From Minisyncoccota bacterium (GTDB taxonomy: Bacteria; Patescibacteriota; Minisyncoccia; Phycocordibacterales; UBA12079): DNA of 64,000 nt. Location of the stretch: positions 27,861 to 91,860 of the forward strand of contig JAGLLX010000001.1 of NCBI GenBank assembly GCA_023140255.1, in the 5' to 3' direction. The number at the start of each line of letters is the position of its first letter. The stretch's first letter is position 1. The position numbers and the translations under genes were made by a program. Below the pieces are notes generated by a model. It was not told the origin of the DNA and searched no databases. It saw nothing but the letters and a program-made list of their open reading frames with translations. Positions 30,180 through 40,894 of this stretch are shown here, one piece after another.

Positions 30180-31427
30180 TTATTCTCCCGCTAAAGTTCC
30201 AGAGAATACTTGTAACCCCCATAAAGAGAAATCTTTTTTATTAATAAAGATTAAATAATCATCTTTATCTGTAATTTGTAATTGAGTAGCGTCTATTCCC
30301 CACCCCTCAGAGTCTGTTAAAGAAACAATTTTAATTGGTTTATTTGTTTCAGTATTTATAGACCATATTTCATCAGAAAATAAGATATTTCCTTTATACC
30401 AATTTTCTAAACTATAATTATAGATTTTTTGAGAAGGAATACCACAATATAGATTCGGAGTATCTTTTCCCCAAACACATTTTTCAGGGAATGTTCTGAT
30501 AGGAAGATCTGTATTTGTTTCGCTTTCAAAATCATAAAGAGATAAAGTTAATCCAAGTTTTGTATTTTGAGAATACAAAATATCTAAATCTTCATTTAAG
30601 AGAGTAGAAAGATTTGTTCTTTTTCCTAAAATTTTACTAAATTTCTTAGTTATAGAATCATAGATGAATAAATATCCTAATATATTTTCTGTTGATTTTG
30701 TTGTGAAAGCTATTCTTCTATCATCTATATTATCTATTCCCCATTCTCTCAGTGGTGACGTGAATAATTGTTTTGGTTTTGTGTTTTCTATATCAGTAAG
30801 TATCACATCTGAATTAGAACCAGAATCTACTAAATAAAATAAATCATCATTAATATATGTAATGTTTTGTATATTATCTTGTAAATAAACTCCATCTAAG
30901 TCCATATTAGTGCTAGTAGCGTTAGATGTCAGAGTGGCTGAATAAGTTTTTATTACATCATTATCTAAATAATTAAAGAATAATGTATTTTCATCTAACC
31001 AAGTTGTTGTATTTATTTTAGGGATAGTTTTGTTTGAAATTCTTTCTAAAGTTAATGAATTTGTTTTAGTTTCATAAATATGTCCTGTCATTTTTTCCAT
31101 ATAACGGATAGTATAAAAATCATCTTTTTCTATAGTTTGTTTAAAAATAATTGCTCCTGCAACAGGGTTGTCTGATATTTTTCTTAAGATTGGTATTGGG
31201 TTATTTGGATCTTGGTTATTTAAATAATCAGGATTGTTTCCTAAATTACCCCAGTCGTTCCCTAAACTTATATTTTGAACTTCATCCACCGGAAAAGATC
31301 CTATATTATCTGAACTTTGGTCATTATTATTTTCTTTGTTAAAAAAAATAAAGTAACTAAAAATTCCTACTATAAGTAAAATTATAGTTACTGTAATTAT
31401 TATTTTTTTAATATTTTCATTTTGCAT
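30180..31427 (-). CDS. Hypothetical membrane-anchored protein (last gene of T4SS-like operon)
   Basis: 415 aa, N-terminal TM, Trp/Gly-rich repeats. Confidence 0.35.
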   Translation of the reverse strand: MQNENIKKIIITVTIILLIVGIFSYFIFFNKENNNDQSSDNIGSFPVDEVQNISLGNDWGNLGNNPDYLNNQDPNNPIPILRKISDNPVAGAIIFKQTIEKDDFYTIRYMEKMTGHIYETKTNSLTLERISNKTIPKINTTTWLDENTLFFNYLDNDVIKTYSATLTSNATSTNMDLDGVYLQDNIQNITYINDDLFYLVDSGSNSDVILTDIENTKPKQLFTSPLREWGIDNIDDRRIAFTTKSTENILGYLFIYDSITKKFSKILGKRTNLSTLLNEDLDILYSQNTKLGLTLSLYDFESETNTDLPIRTFPEKCVWGKDTPNLYCGIPSQKIYNYSLENWYKGNILFSDEIWSINTETNKPIKIVSLTDSEGWGIDATQLQITDKDDYLIFINKKDFSLWGLQVFSGTLAGE

Positions 31428-31437
31428 TAATTTAATA

Positions 31438-32268
31438 TTAATTAGAAGGATTAGTTAACATCATTTGGGCATATTTAATAGCATTAATATAACTAATTTC
31501 TTCACTAGAAAGTAAATTTAAAGGAACTGTAATTCTATTAATTTCTATTGGAACATTACCTGTAGCTTTAATACTTAAAGGGGTTTTAATATTTATACTA
31601 CCAGTGTGTACTTTCCAAACAGGAATACCTAATTGACTAGCTAATTCTTCAGCTCTTGTGGAAGTGTTATAGTCTGATGAATTAGGGTCTGTAGATGCAT
31701 TGGTATTATTATTTTTAAGATCAAAATCATCCGTGTTGTTTGGGTTTTTGTAAGGGTTTGTCGGATCAGTATTTGTTTGATTATCTACATTTGGATTGTT
31801 TGTTGGGTTATCTTGTGGGTCTGGGGGAGGAGTAGTTCCTACAGGTGTTCCTCCTGGTTTATCTAAGTTAAGATTAAAATCTGTTAAACTAGTATTAATT
31901 GTTTTTAAGATTAAAAAGGCGGCTAAGGCGACTAGTAAACCTAACAAAGCATCTTGTATCTGTTTCTTAGCGTCATTTTTTGTATACATTGTTTCTGAAA
32001 TAATATATTTAAAACCTCCCATTACTATCATTAATACAGCTAAAACAGAAGCTAAACCTATCGCTAAATTAAATATATTTTTTAAATAATCTCCCAAAGC
32101 AGCATCACTAGTTACTTTAGTAGGACCACCAGGTAACGGTGTTAGTAATTCATATTCAGCAGCAGAATCAACAAGTAAAGGATTAACTGAAAAAACACCA
32201 AATAATACTATTATTATAATAAGTATTTTAGAAAAATTTAATATTTTTATTTTATTTTTTAAAATCAT
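31438..32268 (-). CDS. Putative T4SS pilin-like protein (TrbC/VirB2-like hydrophobic hairpin) with Pro/Thr/Asn-rich tail
   Basis: Signal/TM, then LPGGPT, two hydrophobic helices separated by a short polar loop, long low-complexity C-terminus. Confidence 0.4.
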   Translation of the reverse strand: MILKNKIKILNFSKILIIIIVLFGVFSVNPLLVDSAAEYELLTPLPGGPTKVTSDAALGDYLKNIFNLAIGLASVLAVLMIVMGGFKYIISETMYTKNDAKKQIQDALLGLLVALAAFLILKTINTSLTDFNLNLDKPGGTPVGTTPPPDPQDNPTNNPNVDNQTNTDPTNPYKNPNNTDDFDLKNNNTNASTDPNSSDYNTSTRAEELASQLGIPVWKVHTGSINIKTPLSIKATGNVPIEINRITVPLNLLSSEEISYINAIKYAQMMLTNPSN

Positions 32269-32271
32269 ATT

Positions 32272-33270
32272 TTATTTAAAATTTAATTGAAAGTCATTTT
32301 CAGTAAATAATTGGAATTTTTTTATATCTGAAATTTTAAAAGATATAAAATAAGACTCTGTCCCCTCTCCCTCTCTACGTAGAGTAATATCTTCTTTGAA
32401 ATCATAAACTGGTTTATTGTTTACAAGCCATTCGTATTTAATATTATCTTTATTATATAATGAAAAATAGAAAGGATAAACTTTTATTTTTATTTCTTCA
32501 GAATATGTATTAGAGACAGGAAAGTATTTTAAATTTCTATTATTTAATATTCCTAATAAAGGGTGGTTTTCGTAGAAAATTACTTCTGGAATATTATTTC
32601 GTATTAAAATACTTTTTTTGTTTTTAATTATTCCGTCTAGAGTTGTTACTTCAACTGAAATCATATTATCTTTAAATAACCCAGGTCCTACAATAGAAAA
32701 AGAATCTTTTCCATAACCAGAATCACTATTGGATATTTTCCAATCTTTTTTCCATAAATAAATTAATTCTTTAGGGTCTATTTTAACACCATTATTATTT
32801 ATAAAATTAGGAATAGCCACTATTTTAACCGTAGATTCGTGGGTATTTAAAGCTTTTCCTTTATAGAAAGGAGGAGTAAATGTATCTGTTTCCCAAATTA
32901 AATCTAATTCAGTAGGAATAATCTTAAATGTTTTTATTAATTGACCTATATCTGAAGAAGTTACCTGAACACTTAGGTTTGTAGTTTCTCCAAAATTTTT
33001 AGTTCTAAAATTAAATTCTTTATTTCCTATTCCTTCTGATTTTAAAACTCCATCAATAAACCAAGAAATTTTTGCTTTATAAATATCAGTTATATATATT
33101 TCTGTTGTAACAGTAACGTTTTGGTAAGCTGAAGGAAATGCAGGGTTTAATTTAATGTTTATGTCTTGATTATTCATATCTAAATCAGCTTTAGATATTG
33201 AAAATAATCCTAATAATAAAATTATTATAAAAGATTTACATATTATTTTTTTAAGTTTTGAATTAAGCAT
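32272..33270 (-). CDS. Hypothetical secreted protein
   Basis: 332 aa with signal peptide. Confidence 0.35.
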   Translation of the reverse strand: MLNSKLKKIICKSFIIILLLGLFSISKADLDMNNQDINIKLNPAFPSAYQNVTVTTEIYITDIYKAKISWFIDGVLKSEGIGNKEFNFRTKNFGETTNLSVQVTSSDIGQLIKTFKIIPTELDLIWETDTFTPPFYKGKALNTHESTVKIVAIPNFINNNGVKIDPKELIYLWKKDWKISNSDSGYGKDSFSIVGPGLFKDNMISVEVTTLDGIIKNKKSILIRNNIPEVIFYENHPLLGILNNRNLKYFPVSNTYSEEIKIKVYPFYFSLYNKDNIKYEWLVNNKPVYDFKEDITLRREGEGTESYFISFKISDIKKFQLFTENDFQLNFK

Positions 33271-33664
33271 TATTTTTTAAAGTTTTTGTAAGTAGTCCTC
33301 CTATTTTATCTTGATTTTCTCTTGATAATATTTCCTTTCTATCTAGTTCATCATCTACTCTAACAATTACATAAGTTAATACTATCATAATAGTTAATCC
33401 AGGGAAAAAACTAAAAGTAACCTCTATCATTGGTGTTATTGTCCAAAGTGCTAACATCCTTAACCCTCTATCAAGAAGACCTACTCCTTTTATTTTAAGC
33501 CATATCCAAAAAATAAGAAATGCTGGGATAGCTAATAAAGAAGATAATATCCAACCTAAAAAAGGGATAAGATCTAATAGAGCTTGAATTCCGTCAATAG
33601 TCATAGCTGTTAAAAGCATAAGAATGAAACTTATTTTACTTATTCTGTAATTATATTCTTCCAT
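33263..33664 (-). CDS. Small polytopic membrane protein (T4SS-associated)
   Basis: 133 aa, 3 TM, directly downstream of VirB4. Confidence 0.35.
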   Translation of the reverse strand: MEEYNYRISKISFILMLLTAMTIDGIQALLDLIPFLGWILSSLLAIPAFLIFWIWLKIKGVGLLDRGLRMLALWTITPMIEVTFSFFPGLTIMIVLTYVIVRVDDELDRKEILSRENQDKIGGLLTKTLKNNA

Positions 33665-33700
33665 AATTTTAAATAAAGATTATATATTTGTTTTATATAA

Positions 33701-35518
33701 TTATTTTTGTGCTTCTTCTAATTCTTTCTTTGCTTTTTTAATATTTAATATTTGTGAAGGATCAGAAGTAATAATTTGATCTTCTGTATATGAAGCAAAA
33801 ATTTGAATAGCAATATGCTTCATTCCCACAAAGAAGATGCCCTCTCCTACTTTTGATTCCAATAATAAATATTTTTCTTCATCCGTTAAATTAAATGTTT
33901 TTTGAACTAAATCAATACTTGTTGGGGATTGTTTTAAGAGTAATTGAATAGATGAGTTTGTGATAATCGGCATTCCATAAGGAGAAGATAAAAAGTCATT
34001 TACATCTTGAGTGACAGTTGATATCCCTAAATAATACTTTCGTCCTCTTTTAGCTAACCCAAATAAGAAAGAAGCTGTGTCTTCTGTTTTCATCATCCAC
34101 CAAGCTTCTTCAATTACCAATAATCTCTTTTTCAAATTCTTTCGGATAGCACTCCAAATATATTGAGTAATAATATACATTGCTACAGGTTTTAATTCAT
34201 CCTCCATATCTCGTAGAGAAAAGACAATAAATTTTCTTTCAATATCTACATTTGTTGGTTGATTAATAAATCCAGACCATGTTCCTTTTGTATATTTAGC
34301 TAGTTTTTGAAGAAGATTGTCTGTATTTTCCATTCCAGCTAAAACTAATTCAAAATCAGATAATAAAGGTGCGTCTATATTTGAAAAATCAGAATCAGGA
34401 GTAATATCTTTAAGAGCATAAGTTTCTGTAATAGCCCTGTCAATAATAGAGTCTTCCTCTGGGCTAAGCCCTCCAAACATTACCCTAAATAAACCAACTA
34501 AGTTAATGATATTAGAACGAAGAACATTTGCTTGAGACTCATCTTCTCTGGCTTGAGGTAAATCAAAAGGATTAATATGGTGTTCGGAAGTTAGAGAAAT
34601 ATTAAAATATCGTCCATCCATTGCTTCAGATAAATATTCATATTCTTTTTCTGGGTCAATAACCATTACATCAATATCAAACATTAATGAACGTAAAATT
34701 TCTAATTTAACAGCATAAGATTTTCCTGATCCTGATTTCGCAAAGGTAACTGAATTATAGTTTGGAAGTGAATATCTATCAAAAAGAATCAAACTAGAAT
34801 TATGACGGTTAATTCCATATAAAATACCTTTATCTGATGTTAAATCTGAAGAGATAAAAGGAAATATACTGGAAAGAGGGGCAGAATTTAATTTAGAAGA
34901 AACTCCTAAAAGGTTTTGGTTCAAAGGTAATGTACTTTTAAACCCTTGTTCTTGTTGAAATAATGAAGGGCGAATATAAATCATTTTTGATTCTAAAATT
35001 GAACGGATTTCATTTTCAGTTCTATCTAACTCTTCTTCTGAGTCTCCATAAATAGAAACATAAACACTAACATCAAATAATTTTTCTTGGGCTTGTTGAA
35101 GTTTATCTCTTAAACTTTCTAAATTTTGATAAGCTGAATCCAAAGCTGGGTCTCTTACCAACCCTTTATTCTCTCTCATTATAATTTGGCTTTGAACCTC
35201 AGCTACTTTTTTTTGGAATTTTCTTAAAACCTTAGATGTTTCTATAGGATGAATAAAAATAGAAACATTGAATTCTTTATCTAAATTTATAACAGGAGAA
35301 AACCAATTATCAGTTAAAAATTTCGGATAAGAAATAACAAAAAAAGTTCTAATAATTTTTTCTCCTAAATGAGTTTCTTTTGGAGTTATTTTTAAAGCAG
35401 AAGGAGCAATAATATCCTTTAGTTCTAAAACTCCTGCATCATAGATTTCTTGAGGTAAAATCGGATCTATTTGTAGTTCTTTTTCTTTTTTATTTAATAT
35501 TTTATTTAAAAAATTCAT
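33701..35518 (-). CDS. virB4: VirB4/TrbE/CagE-family type IV secretion ATPase
   Basis: Walker A FAKSGSGKS, Walker B VIDPEKEY, RGRKYYLGISTVTQD C-terminal motif. Confidence 0.8.
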   Translation of the reverse strand: MNFLNKILNKKEKELQIDPILPQEIYDAGVLELKDIIAPSALKITPKETHLGEKIIRTFFVISYPKFLTDNWFSPVINLDKEFNVSIFIHPIETSKVLRKFQKKVAEVQSQIIMRENKGLVRDPALDSAYQNLESLRDKLQQAQEKLFDVSVYVSIYGDSEEELDRTENEIRSILESKMIYIRPSLFQQEQGFKSTLPLNQNLLGVSSKLNSAPLSSIFPFISSDLTSDKGILYGINRHNSSLILFDRYSLPNYNSVTFAKSGSGKSYAVKLEILRSLMFDIDVMVIDPEKEYEYLSEAMDGRYFNISLTSEHHINPFDLPQAREDESQANVLRSNIINLVGLFRVMFGGLSPEEDSIIDRAITETYALKDITPDSDFSNIDAPLLSDFELVLAGMENTDNLLQKLAKYTKGTWSGFINQPTNVDIERKFIVFSLRDMEDELKPVAMYIITQYIWSAIRKNLKKRLLVIEEAWWMMKTEDTASFLFGLAKRGRKYYLGISTVTQDVNDFLSSPYGMPIITNSSIQLLLKQSPTSIDLVQKTFNLTDEEKYLLLESKVGEGIFFVGMKHIAIQIFASYTEDQIITSDPSQILNIKKAKKELEEAQK

Positions 35519-35523
35519 ATTTT

Positions 35524-36171
35524 TTATGATAAATTAACAGGTTTCTCTGATTCACCAGGATTGAATAATTTATAAAGTAATTCAACCATCTCTTCTGTTC
35601 CTAGTTTTACTAAACGAACTCCTGTTCTTGTTAACCCACTTTTTATTATATTAGCTCTTTGTTCTAATTGTGTTCTATTTTCTTCAAATTCAATAGATTT
35701 ATCTTGTATAGAAATAGTTTTTTTTGAAATAAAAGGGTTTAAACTTTTTTTTGTATTCATTATTGGTGGGTTATAAGATATTATTACAAAAAAAGATTTT
35801 GTCATTATATTTGTTTTATTGGTAAAACTTTTTATAAAATTAATATATTCTTTAGTTTGAATTTTTATTAATTCATTTACTTGTTGTTTTTGTCTATCCT
35901 CCATCATTGTAACGTAAGGGCGAATATCTAATTTTTGAGATTGAATAAATATTTGAACTGGAAATTCAATAGAGTTAAGAAAATTCTGGAATTGTAATAT
36001 TATTGCTTGTTGCTCATCTGCTGACTTTAAAGCCAAGTTAATAGAAGATACCATTAATATAGTTGATAATGATCCGTCTTTTTGAATTATTACACCATCA
36101 CGAATTTCTTTTATTGTAACAAAGTCTTGTGTTTTTTTTGCATTTTTTGTATCCATAATAATATGATTCAA
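35524..36171 (-). CDS. Hypothetical protein (T4SS operon)
   Basis: 215 aa, no TM. Confidence 0.35.
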   Translation of the reverse strand: MNHIIMDTKNAKKTQDFVTIKEIRDGVIIQKDGSLSTILMVSSINLALKSADEQQAIILQFQNFLNSIEFPVQIFIQSQKLDIRPYVTMMEDRQKQQVNELIKIQTKEYINFIKSFTNKTNIMTKSFFVIISYNPPIMNTKKSLNPFISKKTISIQDKSIEFEENRTQLEQRANIIKSGLTRTGVRLVKLGTEEMVELLYKLFNPGESEKPVNLS

Positions 36172-36264
36172 GATTCAAGATTTATGATTTAGGAGGAAAA
36201 TCGTTTTATGATTTTTTCATTTCTTAAATCCTAAATCTTAAATCTGAAAATTTTTTAATTTTTA

Positions 36265-36660
36265 CTACTTATCTTTTATATCTAATTCCCAACTTATTTC
36301 TTTTAATTTACTATCTGATAAACGAGGAATATTTAATTGAGAAACTACATTTGTTTTTTCTACTTTCTCTTTTTTCTTTTTAGAATCTTTTTTCCATATA
36401 TATAATTTACTTGATGCCCAATATTTAAAAGCTGATTCTAAAAGATAAACAAAAGGTTTATTATTTTTTTTATAAAAAGCTAATGCTCCTGAAAAAATCA
36501 TTATTACTATTATTAAAATAATAGAGATGAATTTAGGTAATATTGTATAAAAAGTAAAAGAGATACCTGCTCCCCCGGCTAAATATATAAATTGTTTGAA
36601 AGTTAAAGGTCCAAATATTTTGTCTTCAACCTCAATAAATTGTGGTACTTGAAATTTCAT
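36265..36660 (-). CDS. PrgI/VirB3-like small membrane protein
   Basis: 131 aa, two TM helices, lies upstream of VirB4 as in Gram-positive-type T4SS. Confidence 0.35.
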   Translation of the reverse strand: MKFQVPQFIEVEDKIFGPLTFKQFIYLAGGAGISFTFYTILPKFISIILIIVIMIFSGALAFYKKNNKPFVYLLESAFKYWASSKLYIWKKDSKKKKEKVEKTNVVSQLNIPRLSDSKLKEISWELDIKDK

Positions 36661-36687
36661 TTTATAAAAATTGTTATAATAAATTTA

Positions 36688-37254
36688 TTATTCAATTGGT
36701 TCTCTATATGGGTCTATTGTATAACTTTTTTCATCTTTTTGCTTTTCTAAAACTGGGGATTGTTGATCCTTCTCTCTTGCTTCTGTCTTTTCTTGTTTTA
36801 ATGTTTTAATGTTTTCATGTTCTAGTGAATTTTTAGGTGTTTCAACTAAATCAGTAATTTCTTTTTGAGGATTTGATAATTCATTTAATAACTCTTCTCG
36901 CACTAAATCTTCATCTAAATCCTCAGCATCTTCATCAACTGTATTATGGATTTTCCTTAATGACTCTCTAATGTCTGCAAAAATAGTGTTATTAATTTCT
37001 TCTGCTAATTTTTTAGCTTTTTCAGAATTTAATTCAGTTACTGTTTGAACATTTTTAACAAAATTTGTTCTAGGTTTTAATCCAAGCATTATATAACCAA
37101 TTTCTTTAGTTAATTCTTCAGCTTCATCAAATTGGAGTTTATATTCATTAGCTAAAATTAAAAGTCTTTCATTAACTTTGTTAGATGAAATAGCTTCCCT
37201 AATATCTTCAGGAATACTTAAAAATTTTTCTTCTAGTTGTTTAAATGCGAACAT
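36688..37254 (-). CDS. Hypothetical acidic coiled-coil protein
   Basis: 188 aa. Confidence 0.35.
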   Translation of the reverse strand: MFAFKQLEEKFLSIPEDIREAISSNKVNERLLILANEYKLQFDEAEELTKEIGYIMLGLKPRTNFVKNVQTVTELNSEKAKKLAEEINNTIFADIRESLRKIHNTVDEDAEDLDEDLVREELLNELSNPQKEITDLVETPKNSLEHENIKTLKQEKTEAREKDQQSPVLEKQKDEKSYTIDPYREPIE

Positions 37255-37259
37255 AATAA

Positions 37260-39293
37260 TTATTTTTTATCCTTACTTGAATCTTTTGTTTTACTTTTAT
37301 CTTTAGTACTATCTTTAATTTTTGTAATTTTACCTTTAATTTTTTCTATTTCGTCTTCCATTTTTTCTATCTCATCTTTTTTGTCATTTATTCTATTTTT
37401 GTAATTCAGCACTTCCGATTCCTTTGATGACATCATTCCATTATCTATAGCCTTTTCGTAAGATACATAATCCTTATTGATATTTTCTAATTCTCTTTTC
37501 TCTCTTTTTAATTTATTTTTTGCGGTTTCCATTTCTCTTTCATGTTTAGGTAAATTAACTAATGCTTTAGCTGCGGCCACATCTCCTTCATGATTTCTGA
37601 ACATTGTAGTAAATATTGAAGCATTTCTACCTCTACTTTCTGTTTTATCTTTAAGACTTTGTCCATAAGCTTCAGTTCTAGAGATTTTATTTCCAGCTGA
37701 ATCAGTAATATCTCCCTTTAATGCTTGAGCAAATTTGATTTGAGATTTTCTTCTTTCGTCCACTTTTGTTTTATAACCACCTTTAATTCCCTCACCTACT
37801 CCTCCAGGAATTTTTCCTAAAGTAGCTTTGCCAACTTCAGTGTTTCTTGCATCAAAACTTGAATCGGCCACATTACGTAGTCCTTTCAGACCCATTTTAC
37901 CATACCATTTTGAAGCATGGTCAGAGTTTCCAAGATTCTCAGCTCCCTTACTAGCTAATGCCCCAACTGTATTTCTTCCTAATCTTCCTGCAGCTCCGAA
38001 AGTAGCAGCTCCAGCTCTTCCTTGTCCCCATTTTTGCACACCTTCTCCTATTTTTATTACACTACTAGCACCTTTTGCTCCAAGACTTTTAGCTGAAATT
38101 AAAGCCCCTACCATGAAAAAAGTAATTAATATAAAATTAAAAATTACTATCATAGAACCTCCTCCAGCAAATGCTTCTGCAAAATTATTATTTCCAGCAT
38201 CACCTAACGATTGACTGAATGCTGGGTCGTTTATCCCTTTAGCTACTATATAAACAAACATTAGGTAAATTGGAGCAAAAAAAGCCTGACTAAATAATTC
38301 ATTCCACCATTTTTTAGTTAGACCTCCTGTTTTAGGTAAAATCATTCCTATAAAAGCGAGGGGTGAGAGCATCATTAAAAACATCAAACTAACTATTCTA
38401 ACAACAAATAAAATAGCCGCAGCGAAAAATACAAAGGCAGTAATTAATAAAAAGATAGAACCAAATATAGCAATTGTGAAAATCTTTTTATTAGCATCTC
38501 CCTCTGCTAGTTTCCCATCATAAATGGTTTCTAAGTTTAGTGCTTGAGAAAAAGTAGCGGAAATTCCTTTATCCATCCTTGCAAAACCACTATCCATAAA
38601 TGAAAGATCTGAACTTGCTTTTTCTTGAGTTATAGCATTATAAAATCCAATACCGATGATATTAGAAGTATCAATTATTACACTAGTAAAAAATAAAGAA
38701 AAATTTATAAGTAAAGCAACTATAATAATATTTTTAAGAGAATTTTTAATATTATAACTAGAAAGACCTAAGATTGTTCCAATTGATATAAAAAGTAAAA
38801 GGAATATAAAAATCATATTAGAAAGGTCTCTAATAATACTCCACCCTATATTAACCATACCTAATTGATCTACTAAATTTTTAAAGTTAAGGGTGTATTC
38901 TAAAGAAATATTAAATAAAATCCCTGCTATAGCTAAAACTTGAGCACTTAATTTAAGTATAGTATTCCCTATAGAAGTAAGAGCTTTATCAATCCATGTG
39001 GATGGATTTAACATCGTTCCTAAATTAGATATTTGGGCAGCGAAAGTGTTTTGAGGGTCAACTTTTGTATAATCAGGCATTGGTGTAAATGAACCGTCTT
39101 CACCAACTTTATTACCATTATTAACATCTTGATTCCACCAATCAGCAAAACCAGATAAAAATGATCCATTATTTTCATCAGCCGCAAAAGTAGTACTATT
39201 AAAACCAACTGATCCTAAAAATATTAAGATAATTAAAAAAGAAAGAAAACCAGTTTTAAATATTAATTTATTTTTTTTAAAAATATTTAGCAT
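37260..39293 (-). CDS. VirB6/TrbL-like polytopic membrane protein with charged coiled-coil C-terminus
   Basis: Signal peptide, 6 or more TM helices in centre, Gly-rich loops, KE-rich tail. Confidence 0.45.
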   Translation of the reverse strand: MLNIFKKNKLIFKTGFLSFLIILIFLGSVGFNSTTFAADENNGSFLSGFADWWNQDVNNGNKVGEDGSFTPMPDYTKVDPQNTFAAQISNLGTMLNPSTWIDKALTSIGNTILKLSAQVLAIAGILFNISLEYTLNFKNLVDQLGMVNIGWSIIRDLSNMIFIFLLLFISIGTILGLSSYNIKNSLKNIIIVALLINFSLFFTSVIIDTSNIIGIGFYNAITQEKASSDLSFMDSGFARMDKGISATFSQALNLETIYDGKLAEGDANKKIFTIAIFGSIFLLITAFVFFAAAILFVVRIVSLMFLMMLSPLAFIGMILPKTGGLTKKWWNELFSQAFFAPIYLMFVYIVAKGINDPAFSQSLGDAGNNNFAEAFAGGGSMIVIFNFILITFFMVGALISAKSLGAKGASSVIKIGEGVQKWGQGRAGAATFGAAGRLGRNTVGALASKGAENLGNSDHASKWYGKMGLKGLRNVADSSFDARNTEVGKATLGKIPGGVGEGIKGGYKTKVDERRKSQIKFAQALKGDITDSAGNKISRTEAYGQSLKDKTESRGRNASIFTTMFRNHEGDVAAAKALVNLPKHEREMETAKNKLKREKRELENINKDYVSYEKAIDNGMMSSKESEVLNYKNRINDKKDEIEKMEDEIEKIKGKITKIKDSTKDKSKTKDSSKDKK

Positions 39294-39309
39294 TTATTTA
39301 TTAGAATAA

Positions 39310-40878
39310 TTATTCTCTTATAGTACAGGTATTAGAATCTTTACATAAAATACATTCGTCATATCTTTGTTGAATACCTTTATTAGTTTCAGGAATATAA
39401 TAATCATAATTAGATATGCGAGTATTTATTAATCTATTGATGTCATAACTAATTCCCATTGGTAATCCAGATGCTGAAGTACCATAACCATCCCTTTCTA
39501 TTTCTGCATCAGAAATTTCTATAAGACCGTGTACATAAGGTGCCAAAGTACCATATTTAACCATTATTTCATTTAATTGATTAGCAGTATTTGATAATAA
39601 AGTTTCGTCTTTAAATGTATTTAATACCAGAATAATTTCATCTGATTCTACGATATCATTATAGAGATTATTTTCTAATGTATATAGATCTATAGTAAAT
39701 GAGGGTTGAGTAAAGATAATTGGTTCTGTCAAAAGTTTATTAGCTAAATCAAGTTTATCTGTTTCGTGAGTTACAGTTAAGCAATCTATTAAATCAAGAA
39801 TTAAGTCTCTAGCTCCTAATATTAATCTGTAAGAATCATTTTTAATTTTGTTATATTCTACTTCAAAAGCCAAAGAATCATTTATTTTACTATTAATATT
39901 AGTTTTTATAGAACCTAGGCTTTGTGAATTGTCGTAAGAAGACATATCATTTTGTCCTAACAAACCAGTAGTACTCATTATACTCTTTACTAATTGCATG
40001 AATAATGCCCCTGCAACTTCATTAAATTCATCAGCAGTAACAAGAGAATCTTCAGTTAAACCTAAAGTATGATTTAATTTTGATTCAAGAACTGACCCAG
40101 GAGTTTTTATTTCACAATGTTCTACTTGGTTGCATTGACCGTCTTCACAATCTGCTCCATCCCACATCTCACAGTCTTCCCAAGATAAAAATCCTTCTCC
40201 CCAATTAGCTTGAGTTTTCATTTTTTCTGTTGCTGCAAAAATTTCATCTAATATTTCAGATTCAGCCTGTAAATAAGCTCCATAAGTATTGTTATTATCT
40301 TCAGTTGTCATTTCTATCCATGTTCCCCAACGAAAATCATTTTCTAAAGAAGTTAAAGCTCCTCCCGCATTATCTATAATATCAGATAAAGTACAACTAG
40401 GAGCATCACTTTCATAAAAGGTATTCCATAAAGCTAATTTAATATCAATACTAAAAGGATCGCATAAGAAAGCTAAGTCTGTTCCTTCAATATACTCTCC
40501 AATTACTTGGTCAGCAATATTAAATAACATATCCTCAAGATTTGTTACAAAAAGAGGTCCCTCAAAACCATTATTTATCCAATTTACTATTGAGGTTGTC
40601 ATCTGTCTAATAAGTAATTTAGCGGCGGTCCATGCTAAACCATCTAATACAAACTCTTTATTCTCAGTAGCCCAAGCTGCAGCTGAGGCAATCTTATCAA
40701 AACCTACTGAAATACCATTTTTTATCATATTTATAATACTTATTCCAGTATTTCCAGGGTCTGTAACTGTCGTAGCAGCATCAACTTTATTTGGTTGTGT
40801 AAATAATAAAGAAGGAACTAAAAATGAAGTAACTAAAAAAATTGAAATTATTTTTTTATATTTTTTATTGAAAAACAT
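39310..40878 (-). CDS. Secreted cysteine-rich hypothetical protein
   Basis: Signal peptide; 522 aa. Confidence 0.35.
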   Translation of the reverse strand: MFFNKKYKKIISIFLVTSFLVPSLLFTQPNKVDAATTVTDPGNTGISIINMIKNGISVGFDKIASAAAWATENKEFVLDGLAWTAAKLLIRQMTTSIVNWINNGFEGPLFVTNLEDMLFNIADQVIGEYIEGTDLAFLCDPFSIDIKLALWNTFYESDAPSCTLSDIIDNAGGALTSLENDFRWGTWIEMTTEDNNNTYGAYLQAESEILDEIFAATEKMKTQANWGEGFLSWEDCEMWDGADCEDGQCNQVEHCEIKTPGSVLESKLNHTLGLTEDSLVTADEFNEVAGALFMQLVKSIMSTTGLLGQNDMSSYDNSQSLGSIKTNINSKINDSLAFEVEYNKIKNDSYRLILGARDLILDLIDCLTVTHETDKLDLANKLLTEPIIFTQPSFTIDLYTLENNLYNDIVESDEIILVLNTFKDETLLSNTANQLNEIMVKYGTLAPYVHGLIEISDAEIERDGYGTSASGLPMGISYDINRLINTRISNYDYYIPETNKGIQQRYDECILCKDSNTCTIRE

Positions 40879-40894
40879 TATATTAATTATTTAA

